64,000 nt of DNA from Candidatus Poribacteria bacterium (lineage in GTDB: Bacteria > Poribacteria > WGA-4E > WGA-3G), in the NCBI GenBank assembly GCA_965197475.1, contig CBDANF010000003.1, positions 1,248,001 through 1,312,000 on the forward strand, given 5' to 3'. Shown piece by piece: positions 61,255 to 64,000 of this stretch. The position numbers and the translations under genes were made by a program. Each line of letters begins with the position of its first letter. The stretch's first letter is position 1. The notes under the pieces were generated by a model. The model worked only from the letters and a program-made list of their open reading frames with translations. It did not search any database and was not told the DNA's origin.

Positions 61255-61412
61255 AGAAAGTGAACTTATAGATAAATTTTTTGGATTATCCCGCTAAAAG
61301 ATAAGAGGTACTATCTTTACTTTGCATTGGCTGAACGTTAGATATTTTCTCAAACCTTCCTAACATCCCCGTGCCTGCCAGTGTAGGTGCGGGGAATCCT
61401 ATGTAAAAACAG

Positions 61413-63294
61413 CATGACTACCACGCAAACAAAAAAAGATAACTTCATGGAATCCATAACACATCAAGTACTGGTATGTGATGGAGCTATCGGAACAGAA
61501 CTCCGAAAACAGATACCCGCATATCTGCCTTGTGTTGATGCCTGTAACATCTTTGATGAATATGTTGAGGAAGTCGTCAAGATTCACCGTGCTTATGCTG
61601 ATGCCGGTGCCGATGTTATCCAGACCAACACATATCAGGCAAATAGAGAAGCCTTAGCAATTCACGGGTTGGCAGATCAAGTTGAAGAGATTAACCGCGC
61701 TGGGGTGAGATTAGCACGCAGTGCATCAGGAGAGACATGCTATATTGCTGGATCGGTTGGTCAAATTCCGTTTCGAACTGACGATGTAACTGAGACAAAC
61801 GTTGAACCGTCAACTAAGAAAATACGACTGTTTTTCAAAGAGCAGATGGACGCACTTGTTGATGAAGGTGTTGATCTACTTTTGTTAGAGACGTTCGTAT
61901 CTCCTAAACAAGCTGAGATTGCAACGAAGCAAGCTCTAACCTATGGTATACCTGTTATCGCTGAGATTAGCGGTATTTCCGGAGGCACTGTAGGCACGGG
62001 TGTAGATGTGCGTGTCTTCGCACAAGAATTAGAACAACTCGGTGCACATGCGGTAGGTATCAATTGTAGAGGTCCGCATGATCTTGTTCAAGCGATGGAA
62101 CTTCTCGCTCCTGTCATCAGAGCACCGCTTGTTGTACAACCAAACGCAGGGAATCCGAGAGTTGAACAAGGTGAGATTGCTGTTTCATATACCGTTGGTG
62201 CGGATGTTTTCACCGACTATGTTCACAAATTAATAATGCTTGGTGCCAACATGATCGGGGGTTGTTGCGGGACGACACCGGAATATACTGCTAAAATTCG
62301 GCAAGCGATTGCTGGCAGGAAACCCATCAAACGACACCCTCGTATCTTTGTCCTTCCAAAGAGTTCTCCATCCTACAGAACACAAAGAGATAACCCTGTG
62401 CAGCAGGTATTTGAAACGCGGGAGCGGATTGTGAGTGTGGAAGCGCGTGCAAACACCTTCCCACAATTGCGAGCATTACTAAAGGAAGCTAAGGTTCTCG
62501 TTGCGATGGGGGTAGATCTGTTTGATGTAACAGACAATTCTGGTGCTACAGTTAATATCGGTGCAGTTGGAACAGCGTTTCGACTGCAGCAAGTAACCCA
62601 TATTCCCACGCTCATCCATTGGACAACGCGGTCCCGCAATCTTATCAGCATGCAGTCGCATCTGTTAGAGGCAGAGGCGTTGGGGATTCGCGGTATTGTT
62701 GCATTATCAGGAGACCATCCCAAAGCCGGTCCGTATGAATCAGCGAGTCTTGTGCCGGATGTTCGCGGTGCTGTCCAACTTATGAAACTTATCTCTCGAC
62801 TTAATCACGGTGAACTTGCAGACGGTTCATCAATCGGGGATCCATGTGGATTCTACTATGGTGGCGGATTTACGATTGCAGAAAATCTTGACCCGCATGT
62901 TAAGCACCTAACAAATAAGGTTGCAGAAGGGGCGAAATTTGCTTATACGCAACCTATGTGGACTTTTGAAGACATCGCGCGTGCTCAAAAAGCAACAGAA
63001 CATCTCGACATCAAAATCCTTTACGGCATCCTTCCCTTAACAAGTTTCCGTAGTGCATCCTACCTACGCGACAATTTGGGTCTCTATATCCCTCAGTTCA
63101 TTGTGGACAAATTCCGTGACCTTGGAGATACAGCAGGAAGTGAACTCGGCATGCAGTTGACCCTTGACCTCGTTCGAGAAATCCGAAATCAAGATACGAT
63201 CCCAATTGATGGTATCTATCTTATCCCGCCTGCCCGTCTGAACTGGAAAAACAGACGTGGTGTTATTTCAGAAATCGTTAAGACCTACCGTTAG
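61413..63294 (+). CDS. Bifunctional homocysteine S-methyltransferase / 5,10-methylene-THF reductase (YitJ-like)
   Basis: DGAIGTEL; GINC; PNAGNP; IGGCCGTTP; C-terminal MTHFR-like half (SRNLISMQSHLL, YTQP). The start is uncertain (in-frame ATG at 61447 is the safest candidate). Confidence 0.88.
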
Positions 63295-63323
63295 CGTTTC
63301 TTCTCAAATCCCGTACGGATACT

Positions 63324-64000
63324 ATGAACACTCATGGAAGTATAATTTCATCTACGCGTATCACAGGACGTTCTCTTCTTTTAGGTGTCTTGCTCATTCC
63401 TGTCAATGTCTATTGGATGACAATAGTTGAGGTGAAATACTACTCGCTTGACGGTTCGTGCCTTCCACTTTTTATTCAACCTGTCTTCATAATGTTTATG
63501 TGTGTTGTTGCAAACTACATATTAAGACGTTTTGCGCCAAAACACATGCTACAGCAGGGAGAGTTGCTCACTGTTTACATCATGGTTGCGATCTCCTGCA
63601 CATTCGCTGGTCACGACACAATGCAGAATATGTTTGGCAGTATTGCCCATCCTTTTCGGTTTGCTACAGAAGAGAATGAGTGGCAGACACTCTTTTTTCG
63701 GTATCTACCATCGTGGCTCACCATTTCTGATCCACAAAGTTTGCAAGGGTTCTATGAAGGCGAATCCAGATTCTATACCAACCACAACTTTGCAGTTTGG
63801 GCAAAACCGCTGGCGTTCTGGGGACTCTTTTTTCTCATAATGATGTTTATGATGCTTTGCATCAACACACTTGTGCGAAAGCGATGGGCAGAACAGGAGA
63901 AGTTAGCGTATCCCATCATCCAATTGCCACTACGACTTTCAGAAGAGGGTGGAAGTCGCCTACTGAAAAGCAACATGATGTGGGCAGGATTTAGTATCGC
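63324..64000 (+). CDS. Polytopic membrane protein (DUF6785-like), runs off the window end; not in the ORF track
   Basis: Open frame MNTHGS...ELLTVYIMV...YLPSWL...FYEG...WAKPLAFW...RKRWAEQEKLAYPIIQLP with no stop before 64000. Confidence 0.8.
   Translation, partial: MNTHGSIISSTRITGRSLLLGVLLIPVNVYWMTIVEVKYYSLDGSCLPLFIQPVFIMFMCVVANYILRRFAPKHMLQQGELLTVYIMVAISCTFAGHDTMQNMFGSIAHPFRFATEENEWQTLFFRYLPSWLTISDPQSLQGFYEGESRFYTNHNFAVWAKPLAFWGLFFLIMMFMMLCINTLVRKRWAEQEKLAYPIIQLPLRLSEEGGSRLLKSNMMWAGFSI

Noticed and set aside
63458-63994. Several short ORFs in the track at the window end
   Set aside because: They are alternative frames of one long membrane-protein gene starting at 63324 that runs off the window.

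Overview
Bacterial chromosomal window with no rRNA, tRNA or CRISPR array that I could see. The gene content (dockerin, LRR, WD40 and NHL secreted proteins, C-terminal K-x-ATTWG-x-x-K motifs, DUF1549/1553, sulfatase, DUF6785-like membrane protein) suggests Candidatus Poribacteria; this is an inference. Housekeeping and metabolic genes (nusB, tsaE, YitJ-like HMT/MTHFR, two GGTs, SDRs, sugar ABC ATPase, glycosyltransferases) are interleaved with accessory DNA. Main candidates: (1) a DarT1-type ADP-ribosyltransferase plus NADAR antitoxin pair in which the toxin appears fused, across a single-base frameshift, to an N-terminal WD40 module; (2) a type I restriction-modification operon with an embedded ABC-ATPase/TOPRIM-like pair and a small unknown ORF; (3) a large secreted protein with a 13 x 66-bp LRR array whose variation is concentrated at the predicted binding-face codons; (4) a BlaI/M56 regulator whose sensor half duplicates a neighbouring redoxin lipoprotein; (5) a gene split by a ~2.4-kb cargo insertion with no transposase; (6) several MITE-like elements with different terminal repeats that all carry shared REP-like hairpins, including a nested pair and one inserted exactly at a promoter -10 box. 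Family names come from motif recognition, not from database searches.
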